Virus record (IMG/VR): IMGVR_UViG_3300047548_000621
Location: 72,200 to 111,253 of that record
Reading direction: 5' to 3' (one strand)
Source: a virus
Taxonomy: Duplodnaviria; Heunggongvirae; Uroviricota; Caudoviricetes
DNA: 39,054 nt
This document shows, piece by piece, positions 26,102 to 37,000 of this stretch. Below the pieces are notes generated by a model. That model was not told the origin of the DNA, searched no databases, and was given only the letters and a program-made list of their open reading frames with translations. The first letter of the stretch is position 1. Each line of letters opens with the position of its first letter. Both the position numbers and the translations under genes were made by a program.

Positions 26102-29100
26102 ATGCCAACAGATGTAAATTTTCCCATTACTAAACCACCCAAAATTCTATCTCCTCAAGGTGCCGGCGGAAATAGCAACACAACACCCTTGATCGGTGTT
26201 GTAAAGGACAATATTGATCCTACTAGATCGGGTAGAATTAGAGTAGCACTGCAAAGAGGAAAAGGCGCACAAGATCCTAATAGCAGCGAGGGATGGGTAA
26301 CTGTCCAAAAACTCAGCAACTTTTTTGGATCGGTAGGGGGAGATGCGGGCACCGACGTTGAAGATCACGGAACTTATAAAACAAACCCAAGCTCATATGG
26401 AATGTGGCACGCTCCGCCGGATATAGGCACGCAAGTTGTTTGCATCTTTATTAACGGGGATCCTAATTATGGATTTTATATCGGTTGTATTCCTGAACCT
26501 GAAAAATTACAAATGGTTCCTGCTATAGGTGCAGTTGATAACGTTACATTAAACGAAAGCGAAGCTAATAGTTATGGTGGTGCAACTAGATTGCCGACTA
26601 CTAATATGAACGTAAACAACAAGAGTAAATCTGATAGCGCACAATTTTTAGAGACAGCAAGACCTGTACATAGTTACACTGCAAGTATTATGATGCAGCA
26701 GGGTATATTGCGTGACGCGGTAAGAGGTCCCATATCATCTAGTGCAAGCCGAGAAACTGCAAGCCGAGTTGGCTTTGGCGTAAGCACTCCGGGCCGACCT
26801 ATATACACCGGTGGCTTCGATGATACTAATTTACCTAAAAACTTAGAAACCAGTAATAACGAGAAACTTCAAGTGGTGGCTCGTAGAGGCGGACATAGTA
26901 TCGTTATGGATGACGGTGATGTTATTGGCCGCGATCAGTTAATCAGAATAAGAACTAGTCTTGGTCATCAAATAATGATGAGTGATGATGGTCAAACATT
27001 AATGATATTACATAGCAATGGTCAAAGTTATGTTGAGTTAGGCAAAGAAGGTACAGTTGATATCTATAGTACTAACAGCTTTAATGTAAGAACACAAGGG
27101 GATATTAATTTTCACGCCGACCAAGATATTAATATTCACGCAATGGAAAATCTAAACATACAAGCTAAAAATATTCATTGTAACAGTGAAGAAATGACTA
27201 AGTTCAGGGCCGGCAAAGATTTTAATGTCAATGCCTTAAGCAATTTTACTGCCAAGTCTGGGTCTGCTGCTGCAATATCAGCTGGTGGCGAAGCAAGTCT
27301 AGTAGGAGGTGGAGCTACTTTTGTTAATGGTGCTAAAGTTAATATCAATAGTGGTGCACCCGGACTTAATCCGCCCGAAGTACCTATTATCACATTAAAC
27401 GCCCAACCAGATACACTGTTCGATGAAGAAAAGGGCTGGGCAGCAGCGCCTGGTAAATTATTGACTGTAACGAGCAGAGCGCCGGCACACGCCCCGTGGG
27501 CATCGGCAGGACAAGGAATAAGTATCAAGACTTCTGCTAGCGCGTCAGACAGCTTACCACCTACACCCTCAAATGCAGTGCAACAAGCTAATCAAGCAGG
27601 ACAGAATGCAAATTCAACCCCTCCTTCTACTGCAACCGTTGCTAGTGTTCCACAAACCAAACCAGTTAGCCCTTCAGTCGATACGGGAACTACCGGATCA
27701 ACATTAGCAGCGGTAGGCAAAGCAGCAGCCAACGGAGCGACTGCCCCGGCTGTTCAAAAAGGTGCTGCTATTATTTCTAGCGGACAAAACCCAGCAGAAG
27801 GCGGGTCCACTGCAACTGTTGCCGCCGGAGCATTTGGTCAAACTGCAAAACAACTTGCTGATTCAGGTGTAATTAAACCCGGAGCTGATAAACTGATTAA
27901 TGGTCTTGCAAGTGTTGCTCAAACTGCTGGCAAAGTAATTGGTGTAACTAAAATACTTAGTAACACGTTGTTTACTGGCCAACAAGGCGCGGAAACAATT
28001 GGTAAGTTCGCAACTAATGTTGAAGCTCAAGCCAAGTCAGTGATCAACACATTGCAAAAAGGACAAACGTTATTGACACAAGCCGGAGTAATTTCCGGTA
28101 AAGAAACTCCTACGCAAACAGCCGGGCTTGTCGTTGCGGCTGCGACTACAGGAGCGAACAATACAATTAATGCCGTTAAAGAGTCTGCTAACAAGCTTGC
28201 TGCAATTGGAAATGAAGTAACTGATTTCGGTGATGCTGTAGGAAATACTATTACTAAAGTTGGAGGGTCGATAGGTGGAGAAGTTGGCGCTACACTTAAT
28301 AAGGTAAGCGACACTATTAACCAATTCTCAAGTAAAGCAGCATCAGTTACTAACGCATTAGGTAAAGCATCAAGTGCATTAAATGCAATAGGATCAGGAT
28401 CTTCTGCTGCTGGACAAGCAGCGTCATTAGGAGGATTAGCAGGTATTGCTAATGCAGTAGGAGCATTGACAGGAGGCAGTGGTCCTAGTTTATCATCATT
28501 GATTAACTCAGTTAATGGTATTGCAGCAGGAGCATATGATGCTATCAAGAATGGTTTCCCCAAACTAAAAGCCAATGTACCACAGAAACTATCTGCTATT
28601 GCTAAAGAAGCAGCCGCTAAAAGTGCTGCTACTGCACAAACTACTACGAATGCAGCCAAGTCAGGTGGGCTAAGCAGTTTAGCTGGAGGTGTTGGAAAAG
28701 TATTATCTGGCGCAACTAGTGTCGTTAATACTATTACTGAGGGTACTAAAACTATTGAAAATACTATAGGCGGGGTCTCCGGCGCTATTAATAATGCAAC
28801 CGCAACAAGTGGAAATAATAATAATGCGATTAGTGGTGTAACTGGCGCAATCGAAACGGGACTGAATAAGCTTACAACCGGCGCACAACAGGTCTCGGGC
28901 GTATTATCCGATGCAGGAAATGTAGCTACGTCTCTATCGAATATCACGTCCGGCGGAACTGGTAGTAATAGTGTGGGAGGGACATTATCTAATTTGGCTG
29001 GAGCAGCAAGTGATGTTACCGGATTCATTAATAAAGCAACTGGCGCATTAGGCGATGTTACAGGCGGAGTTAACAAAGCGATCAACACAGTCAACGGTCT

Positions 29101-30076
29101 GGCTGGCGCAGGAGCTGCATTGAAGGGCGGACTAAGCGATCTTGCAAACGCTGCCAAGAATGTACAAGCCGGGGGCAATGCTGCCAAGGCAGTGCTTCAA
29201 GCGGCCGGCATTAATAATTTACCCGGCGGACTTAATGCTATCGCATCCGTAGCAGATAAAAAGAATGCTCCCGTACACATTCCGGGCGCAAAAGAATTGA
29301 CTAACTTAGCAAATACTGTAGGGTCTGGATTAAATGCAGCTAAAGATGCATTGGGTAAAGTGGGCGACATTGCTGGTAAGGCTAGCGGAGTACTCAATCA
29401 AGTTTCAGGAGTAGCAAGTGACGTTTCTGGTGCAGTCGGTACCGTTTCTGGTGTCGCCGGCCAAATTGGAGGAGCAGTAGGAGCGGCACAGGGAGCATTA
29501 GGAAATGCAACCGGCGATATCGGTAATTTAGCTAACAAAGTAACTAGTGTTGCTGATAAGTTAGGTGGAGTCGCTAGTGCATTAGGTGATGCAGGAAAGA
29601 AATTAAATGGAATTACATCATCAATAACCGGTGCATTGAATTCCGGTGAAGCGTCCAGTCTGTTATCAAGTTTGTCTGCATTGGGCGCGGGCGGACCAAG
29701 TCCAATCAAATTACCAGAAGTGGGCTTTAATACATTTAACAGAGATGGAATCACAAGTCAAGTTAATTCGTTGTTAGGAGATCCCGGTATTCCTAAGCCA
29801 AACTTGGTAGGGGAAGTCAGCGATGACACAGTAAACTCTCTAAATCAAAAAGTTGAAACATCAAGAGAAGCGATTAAGAAAGCAAATGATGAATTGAATC
29901 AAGCCATAGCTGATACGCAGATGGCAAAACAAATGGCAATTAAGGCAATAGATCAATCTGCTTCACCAGAAAGTGATCCTAATGTTCAGAATTTGAAGAA
30001 AGCTTGGCAAGAAAAAGTTAAAATTATGAAGGAAAAAGCAGACAAGCTTGCAGCGTTAGAGTCGGCAGCAGCTTAG
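26102..30076 (+). CDS. Central spike (gp5/VgrG-like OB fold plus beta-helix) with ~850-aa C-terminal extension
   Basis: GVVKDNIDPTRSGRIRV and PPDIGTQVVCIF (OB fold); RRGGHSIVMDD...GHQIMMSDD beta-helix repeats ending near FVNGAKVNINSG. Confidence 0.8.
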   Translation: MPTDVNFPITKPPKILSPQGAGGNSNTTPLIGVVKDNIDPTRSGRIRVALQRGKGAQDPNSSEGWVTVQKLSNFFGSVGGDAGTDVEDHGTYKTNPSSYGMWHAPPDIGTQVVCIFINGDPNYGFYIGCIPEPEKLQMVPAIGAVDNVTLNESEANSYGGATRLPTTNMNVNNKSKSDSAQFLETARPVHSYTASIMMQQGILRDAVRGPISSSASRETASRVGFGVSTPGRPIYTGGFDDTNLPKNLETSNNEKLQVVARRGGHSIVMDDGDVIGRDQLIRIRTSLGHQIMMSDDGQTLMILHSNGQSYVELGKEGTVDIYSTNSFNVRTQGDINFHADQDINIHAMENLNIQAKNIHCNSEEMTKFRAGKDFNVNALSNFTAKSGSAAAISAGGEASLVGGGATFVNGAKVNINSGAPGLNPPEVPIITLNAQPDTLFDEEKGWAAAPGKLLTVTSRAPAHAPWASAGQGISIKTSASASDSLPPTPSNAVQQANQAGQNANSTPPSTATVASVPQTKPVSPSVDTGTTGSTLAAVGKAAANGATAPAVQKGAAIISSGQNPAEGGSTATVAAGAFGQTAKQLADSGVIKPGADKLINGLASVAQTAGKVIGVTKILSNTLFTGQQGAETIGKFATNVEAQAKSVINTLQKGQTLLTQAGVISGKETPTQTAGLVVAAATTGANNTINAVKESANKLAAIGNEVTDFGDAVGNTITKVGGSIGGEVGATLNKVSDTINQFSSKAASVTNALGKASSALNAIGSGSSAAGQAASLGGLAGIANAVGALTGGSGPSLSSLINSVNGIAAGAYDAIKNGFPKLKANVPQKLSAIAKEAAAKSAATAQTTTNAAKSGGLSSLAGGVGKVLSGATSVVNTITEGTKTIENTIGGVSGAINNATATSGNNNNAISGVTGAIETGLNKLTTGAQQVSGVLSDAGNVATSLSNITSGGTGSNSVGGTLSNLAGAASDVTGFINKATGALGDVTGGVNKAINTVNGLAGAGAALKGGLSDLANAAKNVQAGGNAAKAVLQAAGINNLPGGLNAIASVADKKNAPVHIPGAKELTNLANTVGSGLNAAKDALGKVGDIAGKASGVLNQVSGVASDVSGAVGTVSGVAGQIGGAVGAAQGALGNATGDIGNLANKVTSVADKLGGVASALGDAGKKLNGITSSITGALNSGEASSLLSSLSALGAGGPSPIKLPEVGFNTFNRDGITSQVNSLLGDPGIPKPNLVGEVSDDTVNSLNQKVETSREAIKKANDELNQAIADTQMAKQMAIKAIDQSASPESDPNVQNLKKAWQEKVKIMKEKADKLAALESAAA

Positions 30077-30093
30077 CCCGCGTTTGGTTAAAC

Positions 30094-30101
30094 AATAAAT
30101 A
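30094..30101 (+). promoter_or_regulatory. Late promoter AATAAATA
   Basis: Upstream of the gp25 RBS AGGAG. Confidence 0.6.
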
Positions 30102-30144
30102 GTTAAACGTTTGTCAAGCAATTTCTTAAAGTTAGGAGTATAAT

Positions 30145-30648
30145 ATGGCTCAATACGTCGGTTACAGTTCAATAAATGCTTGCAGGCCCAAAACAACTAA
30201 TGCCATACCAGGGTCAGCCGGCGGCACTGGTGGAACAGTGGGTCCTGGTGGCAATGGAGGCACCGGCGGGGTAGGAGGCCCGGGCGGAGGTCAGATAGGT
30301 ATAAGCTCAGGAAACAAATATACTATCACTGACAATCCATTAGTGTTACAAGACTTTATTAATTCGATGAATATTAGAAAAGGTTCCAAAGTAGGAAGAC
30401 CTGACTATGGATCAGATATTTGGAATTATATTTTTGAATACAATACGAGCGATACTCAATTTAGAATCGAGAACGAAGTACGTAGACTAGCAAGCCAAGA
30501 TCCTAGAATTATATTGAACTACGTTAAGTCATATCCATATGAAAATGGAATACTAGTAGAAGTTGAGATAGCTGTCAATCCATTCAACCAACCACAGACA
30601 GTTAACATTGGATTTAATACTACATTAAATGTTGCTACCTTGCTATAA
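30145..30648 (+). CDS. gp25: Baseplate wedge subunit gp25 / P2 gpW-like
   Basis: DFINSMNIRKGSKVGRPDYGSDIWNYIFE...DPRI; directly upstream of gp6. Confidence 0.88.
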   Translation: MAQYVGYSSINACRPKTTNAIPGSAGGTGGTVGPGGNGGTGGVGGPGGGQIGISSGNKYTITDNPLVLQDFINSMNIRKGSKVGRPDYGSDIWNYIFEYNTSDTQFRIENEVRRLASQDPRIILNYVKSYPYENGILVEVEIAVNPFNQPQTVNIGFNTTLNVATLL

Positions 30649-30664
30649 CCGTCTTTTTAGATAA

Positions 30665-30672
30665 GATAAATA
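30665..30672 (+). promoter_or_regulatory. Late promoter GATAAATA
   Basis: ATAAGATAAATAT context, identical to that at 34071-34083. Confidence 0.65.
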
Positions 30673-30693
30673 TATTATCAAAAGAGTAAAACT

Positions 30694-33600
30694 ATGGCAA
30701 CAAGTTCAAGACAATCAGCATTGTTCGGTCTCAATGACTGGAAGACTATTTACCAAACCTTCAACCAAGCAGATTTTCGCAGCTATGACTACGAAACATT
30801 ACGTAAGTCATTCATTGATTACCTACAAACTTATTATCCTGAAACGTTTAACGATTATGTAGAATCTAGCGAATTCATTGCACTACTTGATGTTATTGCC
30901 TTTATGGGTCAAGGTCTTGCATTTCGCGATGACTTAAATGCTCGTGAAAATTTCATTGATACTGCTGAGCGTAGAGATAGTGTTATCAAGCTTGCTAATC
31001 TTGTTAGCTATACTCCAAAAAGAAACAATGCTGGTCAAGGTTATTTAAAAATCACCAGCATTCAAACATCACAAAACATCAATGACATTAATGGGTTGAA
31101 TTTAAGTAATGTTCCTGTATTATGGAATGACCCTGCAAATCCAAACTGGCTTGAACAGTTTAATACTATTTTAAATGCAGCAATGGTTAATACTCAAAAG
31201 ATAGGTAGGCCGGGCAACGTAGCAGACATTGGCGGTGTCACTACAAGCGAATATTCAATACAAATTCTCGACGGTGCGGTCCCAATCATACCGTTTACTT
31301 CTACTGTCAATAATCAAAATATGAATTTTGAATTGGTTAGTGTTTCAAGTGTAGACGAAGATTATGTATACGAAATTCCACCTGCTCCAAGTGGCAAGTT
31401 TAATTTACTATATAGAAATGACAAGCTAGGATTTGGAAGTCCCAACACAGGCTTCTTTGTTTACTTCAAGCAGGGAAGTTTGCAAACAAGCGACTTTACA
31501 CAACAGCAACAAATTAGTAATCTAAATGTTGATATTAATATTCAAGGTATTAATGAAACTGATACTTGGTTATATAAAATTAATAGTGATGGTACCAGAA
31601 CTCAATGGAAGCAAGTAGAAAACGTTTATGCTGATGCTTACTTGCAAAATGAAACGAGCTTAAAGCCAATATTCAGCGTCACATCAAGATTTAATGACCA
31701 AGTTACATATGTATTTGGTGACGGTGTATTCAGTGAAATGCCAGTAGGCAACTTTAGAGCTTATGTAAGAGCCGGTAATGCACTGACTTATACTATATAT
31801 CCAACTGATATGAATGGACTCAGTGTTGCATTCAGCTATGTTTCACGATTGGGTAGAGTAGAAACACTTACCCTAGGACTAGCACTAACTGAAGTAGTCA
31901 ATACTGCTCAGGCACGTGAACCAATTAGTGAGATTAAACAACGCGCACCAACACGTTATTATACACAGAATCGTATGGTAAATGGTGAAGACTACAATAA
32001 TTTCCCATATACACTATACAATTCAATTATTAAAAGTAAAGCTATCAATAGATCAAGTATTGGTGTTAGTAAAAATCTAGATTTACTCGATCCTACTGGA
32101 AAATATTCTAGCACTAACAGTTTTGGTAATGACGGAGCACTATATCAAAATGAAGATGATGGTTTCTTATCATTAACAATTAACAATACCAGCGATATTA
32201 TTTCATTCTTTACTGGACAATTAACTAGTGTGTTAGGACTTAATAGAGCCAACCAATATTACATTCAGCATTATCCCAGGTATACTATTACTGCACCACT
32301 ACCCAGTGACGACAATAAAGTATATTGGAACACTAGCACTGTAGATACTGGAGTAGAGTCTGGTTATCTATATACCAAATCGGGAAGTTTAACTATACCG
32401 CAAAGCGTAGGAACATTCAGCACTGTCAATTTAAAGTATATTACGCCAGGCGCTATTTGCAAGTTTGTTGCTCCTGATGGATTTTACTTTACTCCTGACA
32501 ATAGATTGAAAGCAGGGATTGCACCTAGCTCAGAATATACATATATTTGGTCCACCGTATTAAATGTTGTAGGGGATGGATCAAATAATGGCAATGGTAA
32601 TTTTGCTAATGGTTCTGGACCTATTAAAATGAATGGCTATATTCCAAACAACGTAGAATTAACAACAGTGATTCCTGCATTTGGAAACAACATCCCAACT
32701 GTGGTAATTCAAGAAGCAATATTGCGAATGGAGTTGAACGAGAACTTTACCTTAGTATTTGACAATAGTTTGTTAATCAATCAGCAACGTTGGTCTATTA
32801 GTACTATAGAAGATACAAATTATTTTGTTAGGTTCACTAGTTTAGGAAACAATAGATATAGTGTGACGTATAGATCACTTATTTACTATTTCGCAAGTGT
32901 TGCAGACACTAGATTTACATTCGCCAAAGATGAATTAGTATATGATCCTTTCTCAGGAAAAATCATTCAAGACTTTATTGACTTGTTGCCTATTAATACG
33001 CAACCAAACTCTAGCACGGCATTTGGTAGAAACTTAAAAGTTAATATCTTGGGCCAGACAACCGAAAGCGATGGATATGTCAATGACTTTGAAGTAGAAG
33101 TTGCTGCCACTGATGTGAGTAATAGACAACTTATACTGAACCCTGATTTCTTTACTGCCGTGACGGGATATGATTATTCTACAAATGCTCAGAATGTAGG
33201 AGTATATGTATTCTTCGAAACAGTACAAGATGCAATTAGTTTAACTAGGCAGTTTGTTATACCTAGTTCTGATGTAATTTATTCATATCAGACTATTACA
33301 CAGATTGAAGTTAATAAGTATGATTATCCACTTGGTCAATTGTTCTATGCGTACGGAGATAATAAGTTTTATAAGACTGTGCAAGACCAGACAGTAGTAA
33401 CTCCTTACTATATTTTAGTTGAGCAGCCTCAGTATTCAGTACAGTCAGGTAGGCAGGGATTAAGTTATCAGTATAAGCATAATGCTAATAATACTAATAG
33501 AATTGATCCGGCCACGACCAACATTATTGATTTATACGTAGTACCATATAGTTATTACACTCAATATGAAAACTACATTAATGATAGCACTAATACTGTT

Positions 33601-34074
33601 CCTGAACCCAATAAACCTACTCTTTCTGAACTAAGTCAGGCATATGGAAAAGTTCAAGATTATAAAATGTTGAGCGATGCTGTAGTCTTAAATAGTGTAG
33701 TATTCAAGCCCTTATTTGGTCCTAAAGCAGATACCGCATTACAGGCTACAATAAAGGTTATTAAGGATAGTAAAACTAATGCAAGTGATAGCGAGATTCG
33801 TAGTGCAGTATTGGCCGCAATGAACAATTATTTCAATATTAATAATTGGAACTTCGGTGATACTTTCTACTTTAGTGAGCTTGCCGCATATCTACACGCT
33901 GAGTGCGGAGACTTAATTAGCAGTGCTGTACTCGTACCAAACGACCCCAATAAACGATTCGGAGATTTGTATGAAATCAAATGTATGCCTTATGAAATAT
34001 TTGTAAACGCAGCAACGGCTAACGATGTTTTAGTTGTACCCGCATTAACCCCAGCAGAACTACAAATTGCATAA
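30694..34074 (+). CDS. gp6: Baseplate wedge subunit gp6-like
   Basis: DFRSYDYETLR...FNDYVESSEFIALLD...NARENFIDTAERRDSV; QNRMVNGEDY. Confidence 0.9.
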   Translation: MATSSRQSALFGLNDWKTIYQTFNQADFRSYDYETLRKSFIDYLQTYYPETFNDYVESSEFIALLDVIAFMGQGLAFRDDLNARENFIDTAERRDSVIKLANLVSYTPKRNNAGQGYLKITSIQTSQNINDINGLNLSNVPVLWNDPANPNWLEQFNTILNAAMVNTQKIGRPGNVADIGGVTTSEYSIQILDGAVPIIPFTSTVNNQNMNFELVSVSSVDEDYVYEIPPAPSGKFNLLYRNDKLGFGSPNTGFFVYFKQGSLQTSDFTQQQQISNLNVDINIQGINETDTWLYKINSDGTRTQWKQVENVYADAYLQNETSLKPIFSVTSRFNDQVTYVFGDGVFSEMPVGNFRAYVRAGNALTYTIYPTDMNGLSVAFSYVSRLGRVETLTLGLALTEVVNTAQAREPISEIKQRAPTRYYTQNRMVNGEDYNNFPYTLYNSIIKSKAINRSSIGVSKNLDLLDPTGKYSSTNSFGNDGALYQNEDDGFLSLTINNTSDIISFFTGQLTSVLGLNRANQYYIQHYPRYTITAPLPSDDNKVYWNTSTVDTGVESGYLYTKSGSLTIPQSVGTFSTVNLKYITPGAICKFVAPDGFYFTPDNRLKAGIAPSSEYTYIWSTVLNVVGDGSNNGNGNFANGSGPIKMNGYIPNNVELTTVIPAFGNNIPTVVIQEAILRMELNENFTLVFDNSLLINQQRWSISTIEDTNYFVRFTSLGNNRYSVTYRSLIYYFASVADTRFTFAKDELVYDPFSGKIIQDFIDLLPINTQPNSSTAFGRNLKVNILGQTTESDGYVNDFEVEVAATDVSNRQLILNPDFFTAVTGYDYSTNAQNVGVYVFFETVQDAISLTRQFVIPSSDVIYSYQTITQIEVNKYDYPLGQLFYAYGDNKFYKTVQDQTVVTPYYILVEQPQYSVQSGRQGLSYQYKHNANNTNRIDPATTNIIDLYVVPYSYYTQYENYINDSTNTVPEPNKPTLSELSQAYGKVQDYKMLSDAVVLNSVVFKPLFGPKADTALQATIKVIKDSKTNASDSEIRSAVLAAMNNYFNINNWNFGDTFYFSELAAYLHAECGDLISSAVLVPNDPNKRFGDLYEIKCMPYEIFVNAATANDVLVVPALTPAELQIA

Positions 34075-34082
34075 GATAAATA
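34075..34082 (+). promoter_or_regulatory. Late promoter GATAAATA
   Basis: Immediately after the gp6 stop, 6 nt before the ATG at 34089. Confidence 0.65.
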
Positions 34083-34088
34083 TGATAT

Positions 34089-37000
34089 ATGGCTAGAATC
34101 AGAACACTAAACTTTTTACCTGAAGTTTTTCAAACCCCAACCAACAGCCAATTTTTGGCAGCTACACTTGATCAGATAGTAAGTGAGCCTAATACTGTTA
34201 AGCAACAAGGCTATATCGGCAGTAAGTTAGGTTATGGAGTGAATGCTCTCGACTACTATGTTACTGAACCAACTAAAACCCGAGTTGACTATCAGTTAGA
34301 TCCAAGCGTTGTTTTCACAAAGCCCAATGAAACTATTGCACAAGATTTTATCACATATCCCGGTATACTTGACGCATTAAAATTGCAGGGAAGCATCACT
34401 GATGATAACAGTGAGCTTTTCCAAAGTCAATTTTATTCTTGGGACAGCTTTGTTGATCTGGACAAGTTGGTTAACTATCAAGAATATTATTGGTTGCCAG
34501 AAGGTCCACCTAGTGTTTCTGTTTCTCCCGGATTAGTATATTCAGTTGAAGAATACATCGTAACAGATTATGACAATCAATATGGAATTAACGAGAAGAC
34601 AGCACAGAATAGTGGTCCGTTAAATCCAACATTAACGTTATTGCGCGGCGGATCATATACCTTTTCTGTTAATCAAAACAGTCAGTTCTTTATTCAAACT
34701 TTGCCGGGCACTAGCGGATATAGCCCCATTCAGCCTAACATCCCTACACGAGAAGTATATGGAGTAGAAAACAATGGCGCGTCAACAGGATTTGTAACAT
34801 TTGATGTTCCCTTAAAAGATGCACAAGACGAATATGATTTCCCGGGTAATAATATAGTAGATTTAATTTGCACTACTCCGTTTAGTCAGGTCAATGGTCA
34901 AATACTAGGCACGTTTACTGATCCAGCGACCGGTGTAACATATAATGGATTGAGCGACATTGACGGCATTACCGGTATCGATGGTTTACGAATTATGTTC
35001 TATAACACCGGTATCTCAAATGAAGTAGGATATATCAATTCATATTACGGTGAGACTTCATATGACGTAAATGATGATTATTTTACTTCTCCATTGACAG
35101 TAGAAATAAGTTCTACCACTAATAGTGGTTCATATCTAACTCTTGGAACAGGGTATACCACTGATCAGTTAATCGTTAATCAAACTATTACTTTTGATAC
35201 TCCTACACTCGGCGGGCTATCACAAAATGTAGTTTATTTTGTAAAAGAAATATTAAATTCCACAGACTTTACAATCAGTGAATATATTGAAGGCCCTGCT
35301 CTCAGCGTAAATGATGATGCTGGAACAATGATTGCTAACATTAATCAAGGACAATATCAACAGGGATTTTATAGCACAGTAAATGATAACTTCTATCGCG
35401 TACAATTAGTAGGAACTGGCCCGAATCCTACAATTCGTTTATTACCAGATGGCACTATCCCCACTAATCAAAAGATAACACCACAATTCGGTGTTACTTA
35501 TATTAATCGTCCTTTCTATCGCAATGTAAACGGTGTAATTGGGTTAATTCCTATTATTACTGCACCATTAGATGTGTTATACTATCAAGATGGCACTAAC
35601 CCAAATAAAGTTGGGGAAATTCGTTTAGTTGACACTAACGCAGACAATTATATTAATGTCGATACTCAGATTATCGGCAAAGTAAATTATACTAGTCCAA
35701 ACGGTGTTGCATTTACAAACGGATTAAAGATAATATTTCAAGGTAATATTTTCCCTAGTAGATATTTAAATCAAGAATATTATGTCGAGGGAGTTGGAAC
35801 TAGTATTGAATTGGTTCCTGTATTAAGTCTAGAGTGCCCTGAGAAGTTTACAATTGGAGAATATATTCCCTGGGATATGTTTGGATTTGACGCAGGCCCC
35901 TGGGACATTAGTTTAAATATTCCTGTTTTACCTGACTATATTACTATTGCAAGAAACAGCATTAACAAAAATGCCTGGTCGCGCAGCAATCGTTGGTTCC
36001 ATACTGATATCATCACTCAGACGGCAAACTACAATAATAATCCAGACATTTTAACTAGGTATGCAACACTAGAGAACAAGGCGAAAAGGCCAATCATAGA
36101 GTTCTACCCTAACATCAAATTGTTTGATAGCGGATCTGTTGGTAAAAACGCAGTTGATTTCTTCGACACACGAACAACAGATGCTTTTAGTGAGGTTGCG
36201 GGATTATATAATTATTATCCTGACGTAGAAGTTTATACAAAAAATACAGCAGTAATTGACAGCACAATAACTAGCCCTGTATCATCAAGCAGTTTGATTG
36301 TTGGTAAGACATATGTTATTACCAGTAAGGGCACGACAAACTGGAATACGGCTGCCGGGACAACAGGCTTTTATTATGTAGAAGGGCAAATATTTGTTTG
36401 TGAGTCTACTAGTGTTGGAACAGGAACAGCTACTGAACTAGCATATGGGACAACTATTACCATACCCACAGCAGATATTAATGGTACATTCCAAGAAGGA
36501 ATGTATGTTGCAGATTATAATAATGTACTTCCTGTTAACACACAACTCGATAACATACAAATTGTAGGGTCAGATACTATATTAACCGTTTCCTGGGATC
36601 AACCTCAAAATGTTGATACTACTACTACGGTTATTGTAGGATCAGATAGCACAGTAAATGCATACGCAGTATATCCGGGAGCAAGAATTGTTTTTGCTAA
36701 TGATAGTGATCTACAAGTAAGAAATAAAATCTATGTTGTAGATTATGCAACAATTGGAACAAGTTCACAGCCTATTATTGTATTAAGTCCTGCTGAAGAT
36801 AGTATGCCATTACCTGATGAAATGATTGCAGTTAATAGAGGGTATAATTATCAAGGTAAAAGTTTTTACTATAATGGTATTATGTGGGATGAAGCGCAAT
36901 TAAAAATTGATGTTAATCAACCTCCCAAGTTTGATGTGTTTGATAACAATAATATAAGTTTCGGTGACACTGATGTTTATAATAGCAGCACCTTCAAGGG

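Noticed and set aside
30112-30117. TTGACA on the minus strand between the spike and gp25
   Set aside because: No acceptable -10 at 16-18 nt spacing.
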